A DNA stretch of 31,448 bases from a virus (IMGVR_UViG_3300030103_002403:1-31448); one strand, 5' to 3'; numbered from the stretch's first letter, positions 19,634 through 26,748 are shown. Numbers and translations are program-made. The notes: generated by a model not told the origin, from the letters alone.

Positions 19634-20575
19634 TTATTCACCTTGTTTCATTTCTTTTTTTAGTCTAGCCACCAATACATCTACGAAGGCATTATCTCTT
19701 CCCGCAAACTCATGTACTCTATCCATCATATCGCCCCATACGCACAATACGCTGAATACAGTTTCGGAGTCTTTGTCAAAGAACCCCTTGATGTATTGGT
19801 GAAAATTATTCATGAAAGGTAAGCGACCACCTGCCCTTTCTAAATTGTCTTGAAGTTTCAACCGTAGTTCATTATACTCGCATGATGTAAAGTCATTCCA
19901 CCATTCATCTTCGGTTGTATTATTCAAAACTTTGAGAGCATCGGGTTTCTTAGGCGTACTCTCTAAGAGATTCACTGCCGCCCTTAAATCACCACCGCAT
20001 CTTGTGATAACATCTTCATACACTTCTTCCCATTCCACAGGCGCACCACATGATTCAGTCGCTCTCATCAAATGTCTAGCACCCTCTTTAGGTGATACAC
20101 GAGTAAATGTGTAAACTGTACACCTGCTCTTAATGGCAGGTCTTATCTTATCGGGATAGTTAGCAGTAAGTACAAACAGTACCCTATGAGCATACTTCTC
20201 CATGATACCCCTAAGAGCATCTTGAGATTGGGGAGTAAGCCCATCAGCCTCATCTAGTACAACTAATTTACGAGCAACCCCTATACCACTCAATCGTGCA
20301 AACTGTTTAATCTGTTCACGAATGTGTGCTATCCCCCTATCATCGCTCGCATTAGTCCAAAGAACATTCATATCATTGTTCCATTGTCCTAACATTGTGT
20401 GTCTAATAGCGTTTGCCGCACTAGATTTACCTGTACCCGGTGGACCGACTATAAGTATGGCCGATGGGTACTCACCCGTTTTTTCCCATTCAATAAAGTC
20501 TTGAACAAATACATTATTACCTACAATCTCCACCGGAGTAGTAGGTCGTAATTTTTCATTCCAATTCAACTTCAT
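19634..20575 (-). CDS. rfcS: Replication factor C small subunit (clamp loader)
   Basis: Motifs W.EKLRP, GPPGTGKS, NASDDRG, LDEAD, SRC and GDLR. The true start may be TTG 20569. Confidence 0.93.
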   Translation of the reverse strand: MKLNWNEKLRPTTPVEIVGNNVFVQDFIEWEKTGEYPSAILIVGPPGTGKSSAANAIRHTMLGQWNNDMNVLWTNASDDRGIAHIREQIKQFARLSGIGVARKLVVLDEADGLTPQSQDALRGIMEKYAHRVLFVLTANYPDKIRPAIKSRCTVYTFTRVSPKEGARHLMRATESCGAPVEWEEVYEDVITRCGGDLRAAVNLLESTPKKPDALKVLNNTTEDEWWNDFTSCEYNELRLKLQDNLERAGGRLPFMNNFHQYIKGFFDKDSETVFSVLCVWGDMMDRVHEFAGRDNAFVDVLVARLKKEMKQGE

Positions 20576-20592
20576 CAACCTTCTATTCTTTG

Positions 20593-20604
20593 ACAGTTTA
20601 AATA
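20593..20604 (-). promoter_or_regulatory. Conserved TATA-box element, copy 2 (TATTTAAACTGT)
   Basis: Same element as at 10237, upstream of rfcS. It contains the TAA stop of the preceding gene. Confidence 0.65.
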
Positions 20605-20999
20605 CTATTTTCCAAAATCAAGTTATAGTCATCCCATTTTTTAACCCAATCATAAAAATTATCTAGCGATGTATTCTTATTTGCTCTAGGCATTGGATTA
20701 TCTAATATCCATTTCATACGCTTATACCCATTCCTATTTTCTATAAACATGTCATACGGAGCGATAGCATCTATCCATGCTTGTATGTCTGCTTTCTTCT
20801 TTACACGATATTTCAGTGTTAATTTATTTTCATCACAAAACAACTGTACAATCGCTTTAGTATGAGAATCTTGTATGTCTATCTGTATGTACTTCTCTAC
20901 TCTAAACCCATGACCGTAATGTACCTTAGATACAGATACCGAGAAGCGCATCTTAGTAAGCACTACACCCAAACCTATGTCCATTAAATGTTTACTCAT
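20598..20999 (-). CDS. Hypothetical protein, possibly a degenerate LAGLIDADG-fold DNA-binding protein
   Basis: The pattern helix - FSVSVSK...GFRV..YIQI..QD...YRV....DI...I..I.PY resembles single-motif LAGLIDADG proteins but lacks the acidic catalytic residue. Confidence 0.4.
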   Translation of the reverse strand: MSKHLMDIGLGVVLTKMRFSVSVSKVHYGHGFRVEKYIQIDIQDSHTKAIVQLFCDENKLTLKYRVKKKADIQAWIDAIAPYDMFIENRNGYKRMKWILDNPMPRANKNTSLDNFYDWVKKWDDYNLILENSI

Positions 21000-22230
21000 T
21001 GTCTACACCTACCAAAGAAATGTATGTCGTGTAATCATCTACATCATTTATGCTTCCCTCATCTTTAGTAGACATATACCGCCAACCCCAACCATCTTCT
21101 GCTCTCCATGAGTATGCTACTTCTAAAACTAAAAACGGTATGTCATGGGAAGTGTGGGAGTTCTGTATAGGGATTTTCCGTTTCTTTAACACCGTTTCTA
21201 ACTCAAATGGTAGGCTTTGTATCTTCATTTTGTCTACATCAATTATGTCTGTTAAACCATCTTTAACACCTAAAATAAATTCATACCCAATACCCTTAAT
21301 CATTCTTACAGATAACGCTTGAACTTGTAGTGCGGGAGTACCTTTAGTGAACAGATAGTATTCATTATGATATTCTATCAAAAAACCACCCTTCGGGTAG
21401 TCATATAAAATTTTACTAGCCTCACGCCAAGATACATTTTCCGATTTTAAACCACCTAGCGGTTCTTGATATTTTGAGAATGGTATATATTGTTCATGGT
21501 TATGTAATCTTGTAGTTCCTAACAAATCTATCCAACACCAACAATCTTCGGCTTCACCTACCTGTGGTGTATACTCACGATTCACTTCACCATTTCTATT
21601 TCTTACCATGTAATTTTCTATGAACAACAAAGTACCACAATCGGGAATAAACCAAAACTTATGAGGTAATGCAGTAGGACTATCCCATGACTGTAATCGT
21701 TTGAATTTACTTGTAGGTTTAGATACTTCTTCCTTAGATATTAAACCATAAATTACATCTAACATGGTATAAGTATCTACAATCTCATCGTGCATGTTAG
21801 ATAAATTTTTAGCCCACTTACGCATTCTGTATTTGATTGAACGCCACCTTTCATTTAACGCCCAACGCCATACAAATTCGGCTTCTGTTATATTCATATA
21901 ATGACACAATCCTATAATCCATTTTTCTTCTCTATTTATAGAAGCGAAATGAGTTTTAATTTGGTTAATTGTAAGCATATTTCCTTTAGAATCGGAAGAC
22001 TCCATTACTAATACTTCTGCTAATGAAGCACCGTTGGCTACCGCATCTAACTGTTCAATGAAAACCCCGCATTCATCTGCTAGTCTTACTTTCAGTCTTG
22101 TTTTTGTTATTGGGAGTTTGCATTCTTCATCAAGAAACTCCCAAAGTTCATACGCTTCTTCTTTAGTTATTTCATCTAAAGATAACTTAGGCATTTTTGA
22201 AATTAACACTACGGCTCTTGAGATTAACAT
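20992..22230 (-). CDS. Degenerate ATP-dependent DNA ligase-like protein
   Basis: Helical N-terminus, then RNRNG, GGFLIE (motif IV-like), and FILGVKDG and VLEVAY (OB-domain-like). No KxDG motif. Confidence 0.45.
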   Translation of the reverse strand: MLISRAVVLISKMPKLSLDEITKEEAYELWEFLDEECKLPITKTRLKVRLADECGVFIEQLDAVANGASLAEVLVMESSDSKGNMLTINQIKTHFASINREEKWIIGLCHYMNITEAEFVWRWALNERWRSIKYRMRKWAKNLSNMHDEIVDTYTMLDVIYGLISKEEVSKPTSKFKRLQSWDSPTALPHKFWFIPDCGTLLFIENYMVRNRNGEVNREYTPQVGEAEDCWCWIDLLGTTRLHNHEQYIPFSKYQEPLGGLKSENVSWREASKILYDYPKGGFLIEYHNEYYLFTKGTPALQVQALSVRMIKGIGYEFILGVKDGLTDIIDVDKMKIQSLPFELETVLKKRKIPIQNSHTSHDIPFLVLEVAYSWRAEDGWGWRYMSTKDEGSINDVDDYTTYISLVGVDNE

Positions 22231-22568
22231 TAGTCCACCACCACCCCGATGTATAATTCATCTATACACCCAATGAGATATTGACAATCAATCCAACCTG
22301 TGCCTATCTCATCATTAGTATATTTACCGCTAATACCCTCTTGCTCTAATAAATTAAATTTGAAAGTATTAGGTCTTTGTATATTACTCATAAGTAATTT
22401 ACAACCATTATGTAAGGCTCGTCTGTATTTTACTGCACCTTCCATCTGCAACAGTTTAGTTATGATTCTATCAAAACCATAGTAAATAGGTTGGTCTTTC
22501 AACGCACCATCATTGAAAATCCAAACCCTGTTAGGGTGATACCATTTAATGTGATACGCTTGAAGCAT
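22230..22568 (-). CDS. Hypothetical phage protein (DUF6717-like)
   Basis: W.FND..L..QP...G.D.II...GW..C...P/D.LYI pattern, recalled from memory and not verified. Confidence 0.5.
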   Translation of the reverse strand: MLQAYHIKWYHPNRVWIFNDGALKDQPIYYGFDRIITKLLQMEGAVKYRRALHNGCKLLMSNIQRPNTFKFNLLEQEGISGKYTNDEIGTGWIDCQYLIGCIDELYIGVVVD

Positions 22569-22770
22569 CAATCTTCTCCCCCACTGCTATATGAAAAGGA
22601 GTTGCTACGATATAATTTTGATTAGGGGGTAATCTACTTATCACTTCTTTTCTTAATTGAGTTAAATTATCTTTATTAGGGTACAATGAAAGTAAGAACT
22701 CCCACTTTAATTCATTAGGGTTATGAGATTCTATTATGTACCCATTAGAAAAATCATATTTTCTGTCCAT
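22546..22770 (-). CDS. Hypothetical protein
   Basis: 74 aa, with a GGGTGA RBS and the conserved promoter element upstream. Confidence 0.65.
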   Translation of the reverse strand: MDRKYDFSNGYIIESHNPNELKWEFLLSLYPNKDNLTQLRKEVISRLPPNQNYIVATPFHIAVGEKIDASSVSH

Positions 22771-22792
22771 ATTATCACCCTACTTATCTATG

Positions 22793-22804
22793 ACAGTTTA
22801 TATA
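22793..22804 (-). promoter_or_regulatory. Conserved TATA-box element, copy 3 (TATATAAACTGT)
   Basis: Lies 23 nt from ATG 22770 and contains the stop of the PC4-like gene. Confidence 0.7.
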
Positions 22805-23073
22805 TCATCTTCCCGTTCCGCTTTTTCAATAGCATCATCTATGTCGCCTAACATTTCATTTAACATAGGTAGCATACTGCGTAATTGTTCGGGTGTAAGT
22901 CTAACTCCTTCTTTAGAATGTATATATCCGTCTTCTTCACGCCTAAGTATTCTTAGGTCAATCCAATTTCGGCCTCCCCACTTAACCCAAGCAAGGCGAA
23001 CCTTACCTTTACCGGAAGACCACTTCCTTACCTTTGAATCATCTTCCCAAAAGTTTCTTTCAAAATTACTCAT
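22798..23073 (-). CDS. PC4/YdbC-like ssDNA-binding protein
   Basis: W.GR.WIDLR......G...SKEGVRLT.EQ is the PC4-fold signature. Confidence 0.8.
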   Translation of the reverse strand: MSNFERNFWEDDSKVRKWSSGKGKVRLAWVKWGGRNWIDLRILRREEDGYIHSKEGVRLTPEQLRSMLPMLNEMLGDIDDAIEKAEREDDI

Positions 23074-23785
23074 CTTCTTCAACCTTAGATAAAATTCTCT
23101 TGACTACATAAGCACCCCAAAGCCACGGAGGTACTTTCTTTCCGTCATGGTTGCTTCCGAGAACTTCACCATTGAGTACATTTGCATCTTGCATCTCTTT
23201 CATCTGTACTCTTGTTAGAGCCATGTATTGACGACTATCATCAAAGTTCCAACGCATGAAGTATTCATCACCTGCTAACAAATGGTAATCATCGGGATTC
23301 ATTTTTATTTCTTCATTACAACCTTCGCTACCACATTTAATTGTACAACTCCATAGTTCAATTTCAGCACTATCTCCATCGGTAAGTTCAGCATCTATTA
23401 CTTCTATGAACTCATCTTTTCTATCTTCAAGTTCACAGTTAGCAAGTGGGAACTCACAAGAGGGACACAACCAACCTCTCGCTTGTTGTTGCTTCATCTC
23501 ATACTCTTGTTGCATTCTAGCCATAGGGTCGAGTGGTGGAGTAATCTTTTGCGCCCCATCACCCTCTAAGACTTCATATCCACATGCCTTCATTATCTCC
23601 ATGTACCTTTCATGGTGTACTTCACATTCGGGATGATTGTACATAAACATAAGTGCAAAAGTATTCTCACCTGTTTTTCTGTATTGTATACCGCTACCTT
23701 CCGGCGACCATATACCATCAACAGGTATTGCCCCTAAGTGTTCATTTCCCCAAGTTATCATTTCAGTTGTCGGTTGCCATTCCAT
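23066..23785 (-). CDS. Hypothetical protein with CxxC motifs
   Basis: Start placed at ATG 23785 (MEWQPTT) behind GGTGAGG. Contains CPSC and C....C. Confidence 0.75.
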   Translation of the reverse strand: MEWQPTTEMITWGNEHLGAIPVDGIWSPEGSGIQYRKTGENTFALMFMYNHPECEVHHERYMEIMKACGYEVLEGDGAQKITPPLDPMARMQQEYEMKQQQARGWLCPSCEFPLANCELEDRKDEFIEVIDAELTDGDSAEIELWSCTIKCGSEGCNEEIKMNPDDYHLLAGDEYFMRWNFDDSRQYMALTRVQMKEMQDANVLNGEVLGSNHDGKKVPPWLWGAYVVKRILSKVEEDE

Positions 23786-24038
23786 TGTCCTCACCATTGA
23801 CCTCACACAGTCCAAACATGCCACAACATACCCCTTTGTAAAGATACTGCCCGTTGCTAAGTAAATACATTTTATTTTTACTGTTAATTTTATTACAAGT
23901 CGGACAGTTAATCCCGTTATCCCAAATCGCAATTTCCATCACAACAGTATGATACTCCCCATTAAGAAGTATCTCATAATCTCTCATATCTCCTTCGGCA
24001 CTATCGGGAGTAATTGTTTCTATTTCTTTATCATTCAT
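23763..24038 (-). CDS. Small Zn-finger protein
   Basis: Start ATG 24038 behind GGAGG. Contains CPTC...CC. Confidence 0.65.
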   Translation of the reverse strand: MNDKEIETITPDSAEGDMRDYEILLNGEYHTVVMEIAIWDNGINCPTCNKINSKNKMYLLSNGQYLYKGVCCGMFGLCEVNGEDNGMATDN

Positions 24039-24039
24039 T

Positions 24040-24204
24040 TTACCGCCTCCAATCTTTTCCTTCATATCTATAAGTTTCTATCCAACTACACTCTTGAGAT
24101 TCATATTCAAATATAAGTAGTTCACCTTCTGTATAATAATTTACAGGGTCTACCATTTCTCCGTTGCATTCACAATCTTCTTCTGTACATACTGATGGTA
24201 TCAC
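24040..24204 (-). CDS. 54-aa microprotein started from the last array repeat
   Basis: Hand translation: MIPSVCTEEDCECNGEMVDPVNYYTEGELLIFEYESQECSWIETYRYEGKDWRR. It does not end in VEVTA. Confidence 0.7.
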   Translation of the reverse strand: MIPSVCTEEDCECNGEMVDPVNYYTEGELLIFEYESQECSWIETYRYEGKDWRR

Positions 24205-24356
24205 GCCGTCACCTCCACGCTTCGCTTGTAAGGATATTTAGAAGATACTCTTCTACTCTTACAGAATGAACAATACCATTCGTGTTGCTCTCTACCCGTA
24301 GGGGTGTAGCCTACGGGATTTATGTTGAGTCTTTCCCAATCACAATCACAACTCAT
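24201..24356 (-). CDS. Cassette microprotein 10 (51 aa, CxC...CxxC)
   Basis: Hand translation: MSCDCDWERLNINPVGYTPTGREQHEWYCSFCKSRRVSSKYPYKRSVEVTA. Confidence 0.8.
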   Translation of the reverse strand: MSCDCDWERLNINPVGYTPTGREQHEWYCSFCKSRRVSSKYPYKRSVEVTA

Positions 24357-24472
24357 GCCGTCACTTCCACGCTTGGTTCAAATGAACCACATGAAGTATC
24401 GCAATCCCAACAAATAGCGACGAGTCCATCTATCATACCGTATGCTTCTTCATCGCATAATTCGCACTTCAC
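24353..24472 (-). CDS. Cassette microprotein 9 (39 aa, CxxC...CxxC)
   Basis: Hand translation: MKCELCDEEAYGMIDGLVAICWDCDTSCGSFEPSVEVTA. Confidence 0.8.
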   Translation of the reverse strand: MKCELCDEEAYGMIDGLVAICWDCDTSCGSFEPSVEVTA

Positions 24473-24630
24473 GCCGTCACCTCCACGCCTTCGGGCAATT
24501 CGCAATCATCACAGTAGTAACGATAATACTGTGCCGTTTGCCACGCTATCGGAGGAAATGCTTTACAGATAGGTGCATGACAATTAGTGCATGTAATCAT
24601 TATACCTTCGCCCCAATCTTTTTTACTCAC
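24469..24630 (-). CDS. Cassette microprotein 8 (53 aa, CxxC...CxxC)
   Basis: Hand translation: MSKKDWGEGIMITCTNCHAPICKAFPPIAWQTAQYYRYYCDDCELPEGVEVTA. Confidence 0.8.
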   Translation of the reverse strand: MSKKDWGEGIMITCTNCHAPICKAFPPIAWQTAQYYRYYCDDCELPEGVEVTA

Positions 24631-24737
24631 GCCGTCACCTCCACGCTTAGTCTAATTGCTTCATCATAAGCCTTCTTGAGAGGCCAACCCTTCTTGAGTA
24701 GGTCAATGTAATACGCCCTGTGTATAGCCCAATTCAT
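24627..24737 (-). CDS. Cassette microprotein 7 (36 aa, helical)
   Basis: Hand translation: MNWAIHRAYYIDLLKKGWPLKKAYDEAIRLSVEVTA. Confidence 0.78.
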   Translation of the reverse strand: MNWAIHRAYYIDLLKKGWPLKKAYDEAIRLSVEVTA

Positions 24738-24877
24738 GCCGTCACCTCCACGCCTTCTTCTGTTTGAATACTAACTCCACAAGAATTACACCATAGGTTG
24801 TTTAAATTATCTTCATCTTCATCAATGAAGCAATCTCCAACCTCTTTACATATCGGACATTCAATACCTTCACTCAT
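24734..24877 (-). CDS. Cassette microprotein 6 (47 aa, acidic Zn ribbon)
   Basis: Hand translation: MSEGIECPICKEVGDCFIDEDEDNLNNLWCNSCGVSIQTEEGVEVTA. Confidence 0.8.
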   Translation of the reverse strand: MSEGIECPICKEVGDCFIDEDEDNLNNLWCNSCGVSIQTEEGVEVTA

Positions 24878-25050
24878 GCCGTCACCTCCACGCTATAATC
24901 TTGCTCTTGTTTTATTTGTTCTTCACTCATCATGTATGGCCCTTCAAGTTTCTGTGTTGAGGATAGATTAGCGTAGCAATCCATTTCTTGCTTGCTATCA
25001 CATATTACTGTTGTTCCGTCATTGTTCAATACAATCCATACTCGCTTCAC
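24874..25050 (-). CDS. Cassette microprotein 5 (58 aa)
   Basis: MKRVWIVLNNDGTTVICDSKQEMDCYANLSSTQKLEGPYMMSEEQIKQEQDYSVEVTA, starting at the GTG inside the repeat. Confidence 0.8.
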   Translation of the reverse strand: MKRVWIVLNNDGTTVICDSKQEMDCYANLSSTQKLEGPYMMSEEQIKQEQDYSVEVTA

Positions 25051-25349
25051 ACCGTCACCTCCACGCAATCACAACGCTCACAGTAGTCGCTATCTTCAAC
25101 CAACTCATCACACCGTGTGCAAATTTCACAGTAGCATTCATCTTCCGGTTCATTACAGTGGTAGCAAACCTTACTGTTATCATGACATACTACACCATCT
25201 TCGGGGCTTTCTACATTACAAGCAACATGAGTGCCACATTTTAAACAAGTAAAAGTGACAACCAATTCCCCTCTACCATAAAAACTACCGTCATCCCATT
25301 CGTGGTCGCAAGTCACAGGGAAGAATCCTTTTTTGATAAACTCACTCAC
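25047..25349 (-). CDS. Cassette protein 4 (100 aa, very Cys-rich)
   Basis: MSEFIKKGFF...CDHEW...CLKC...CYHC...CYCEICTRC...CERCDCVEVTV, starting at the GTG inside the repeat. Confidence 0.82.
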   Translation of the reverse strand: MSEFIKKGFFPVTCDHEWDDGSFYGRGELVVTFTCLKCGTHVACNVESPEDGVVCHDNSKVCYHCNEPEDECYCEICTRCDELVEDSDYCERCDCVEVTV

Positions 25350-25486
25350 GCCGTCACCTCCACGCACTTACATGGTGCTACCTTAATCATACCACCAAAG
25401 TAGTCAGCATCTACATACTTACCACATTTTGAGCATACCACACTGCTAATTTCCTTGTTGTATAATACTTCACTATTCAATCTCAT
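25346..25486 (-). CDS. Cassette microprotein 3 (46 aa, CxxC...CxC)
   Basis: Hand translation: MRLNSEVLYNKEISSVVCSKCGKYVDADYFGGMIKVAPCKCVEVTA. Confidence 0.8.
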   Translation of the reverse strand: MRLNSEVLYNKEISSVVCSKCGKYVDADYFGGMIKVAPCKCVEVTA

Positions 25487-25632
25487 GCCTTCACCTCCAC
25501 GCCTTTATGGAACACACGGTATCTTGTACCGTTTATAGTCCAACAAGGAATTGCTATCGTGTCTGTATCATCACAGATATACACTTCTCGACCTTCTCTC
25601 ATTTCTGCTCTCCATCCTTTTATTCCTTTCAT
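25483..25632 (-). CDS. Cassette microprotein 2 (49 aa)
   Basis: Hand translation: MKGIKGWRAEMREGREVYICDDTDTIAIPCWTINGTRYRVFHKGVEVKA. Confidence 0.8.
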   Translation of the reverse strand: MKGIKGWRAEMREGREVYICDDTDTIAIPCWTINGTRYRVFHKGVEVKA

Positions 25633-25763
25633 GCCGTCACCTCCACGCATTCCTCATGTTCCGGTATAATCCAATTGTTTGTATCTCTACCGTTTTCAAA
25701 GCACCAATCAACGCCATTTATTTTGGCTATTTCATCATCACCTACATACACATATCTGCTCAC
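25629..25763 (-). CDS. Cassette microprotein 1 (44 aa)
   Basis: Hand translation: MSRYVYVGDDEIAKINGVDWCFENGRDTNNWIIPEHEECVEVTA. Confidence 0.8.
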   Translation of the reverse strand: MSRYVYVGDDEIAKINGVDWCFENGRDTNNWIIPEHEECVEVTA

Positions 25764-26275
25764 GCCGTCACCTCCCACCAAGTAGGAACATCTGCTCGGA
25801 CATACCGTACACCGCCCTTACTGTATTGTTTGGACTTGTAGTAAGACCTGTAGGCTTTGACTGCATCATCGTCTTTGTATTCGTCGGGCATGGCCTGTGC
25901 AAATGTAGTAAGTTTACCTTTAGGTACAATAATCTTTGATGCTTGTAAAGCATTCATTTTAGCAATCGGTTCTAAACACGCATGTTGTTTACCGAAGCGA
26001 CTTGTGTACTCAACACACAAAGCAATAGCATGGTTGGCTAACCACATGAAATTGTCATGGCTATCGCCCGCCCATACTGTACAAGGGTGATGCTTGTAGC
26101 CTCCCTTGTATGGCTTACCTGCTTTGGTAAGTGGCATCTGCTCATCAGTAGCACCATGCCTACGCAAACTAGCGGCCATCATCTGTGCGCTTTCTACGCA
26201 CATTTTAGGTACTCTTACATCATCTAAATACTGCGCCGCAGTAATAGGGTTTTCATCTAATACAAATATGTTCAT
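25760..26275 (-). CDS. Pyrimidine-dimer DNA glycosylase/DenV-like (Pyr_excise family) protein
   Basis: MNIFVLD.NP..AA....D..V.KM.VESAQM, YK...HHPC.VW and L..EY..R.GK.H motifs. Ends WWEVTA in the partial repeat. Confidence 0.8.
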   Translation of the reverse strand: MNIFVLDENPITAAQYLDDVRVPKMCVESAQMMAASLRRHGATDEQMPLTKAGKPYKGGYKHHPCTVWAGDSHDNFMWLANHAIALCVEYTSRFGKQHACLEPIAKMNALQASKIIVPKGKLTTFAQAMPDEYKDDDAVKAYRSYYKSKQYSKGGVRYVRADVPTWWEVTA

Positions 26276-26532
26276 TCTTCTTCACCCCAATAGTCAATCA
26301 CCTTTTCTAATGTTTTAATTGCATTATCCAATTCTTCATACGCCGTATGTAAACCACTTACTACACTCATTAAAGGTGATAAAGTGTGGCTACCACGATT
26401 ATGTAGTTGCACTTCTTCTTCTTCATGCACCCAAAAATGAGCAATATCATCACGCAGTGTTTCAATTACTTCAAGTGATTCTGTTAATTCAACTAACTGT
26501 TTTTGTATGTTTATTATATCTTTATCATTCAT
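26272..26532 (-). CDS. Hypothetical helical/coiled-coil protein
   Basis: 86-aa ORF with an ATGA overlap into the next gene. Confidence 0.7.
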   Translation of the reverse strand: MNDKDIINIQKQLVELTESLEVIETLRDDIAHFWVHEEEEVQLHNRGSHTLSPLMSVVSGLHTAYEELDNAIKTLEKVIDYWGEEE

Positions 26533-26534
26533 AC

Positions 26535-26708
26535 TTACACCCCCAACTTATTCTGCATCCATTCAATACAGAAGTCTACTTCTTCTACAGTCCATACTCC
26601 CATACCGTAATTAATGGTAGTCAAGTTTTCATACAAGTTAGGATGGTCTATACCTTCACAAAGTAAACTGTGTACTAATTCTCTAAGTCTATCTGTCATT
26701 CTAATCAT
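26535..26708 (-). CDS. Hypothetical protein (57 aa)
   Basis: Start re-placed at ATG 26708, 24 nt from promoter element copy 4 and behind GAGGTTGA. Confidence 0.65.
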   Translation of the reverse strand: MIRMTDRLRELVHSLLCEGIDHPNLYENLTTINYGMGVWTVEEVDFCIEWMQNKLGV

Positions 26709-26731
26709 TTTCATCAACCTCTTTTTCTTTA

Positions 26732-26743
26732 ACAGTTTAAATA
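26732..26743 (-). promoter_or_regulatory. Conserved TATA-box element, copy 4 (TATTTAAACTGT)
   Basis: Same element, and the nearest copy upstream of the DenV-like gene and the cassette array. Confidence 0.7.
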
Positions 26744-26748
26744 ATAAT

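Larger units (their letters stand above)
24201..25779 (-). repeat. Array of 11 direct 20-bp repeats (GCGTGGAGGTGACGGCRTGA) delimiting microprotein cassettes
   Basis: Plus-strand tcaYgccgtcacctccacgc starts at 24201, 24353, 24469, 24627, 24734, 24874, 25047, 25346, 25483, 25629 and 25760 (the last is a partial copy, 16 nt matching). Periods are 152, 116, 158, 107, 140, 173, 299, 137, 146 and 131. Confidence 0.97.

Noticed and set aside
24874-25367. ORF-track starts giving MRGGDGV N-termini (25068, 25367)
   Set aside because: These alternative starts lie upstream of the SD. The GTG inside the repeat is correctly spaced and matches all other units.
24201-25779. CRISPR array interpretation of the 20-bp repeats
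   Set aside because: Intervening sequences are 87-279 bp, uneven in length and all intact ORFs. The repeat is short, non-palindromic and contains an RBS. No cas1/cas2 is present, and the Cas4-like gene is a stand-alone viral nuclease in the replication module.
24201-25779. Classical integron attC cassettes or a diversity-generating retroelement
   Set aside because: There is no attC-type inverted repeat or GTTRRRY core, no integrase or reverse transcriptase in the window, and no template/variable repeat pair with adenine-specific differences.
24282-25939. Plus-strand ORFs with recurring HAVTST / TPSPPR / RRHLHA peptides
   Set aside because: These are antisense readings of the repeat. The RBS, starts and stops all point to the minus strand.
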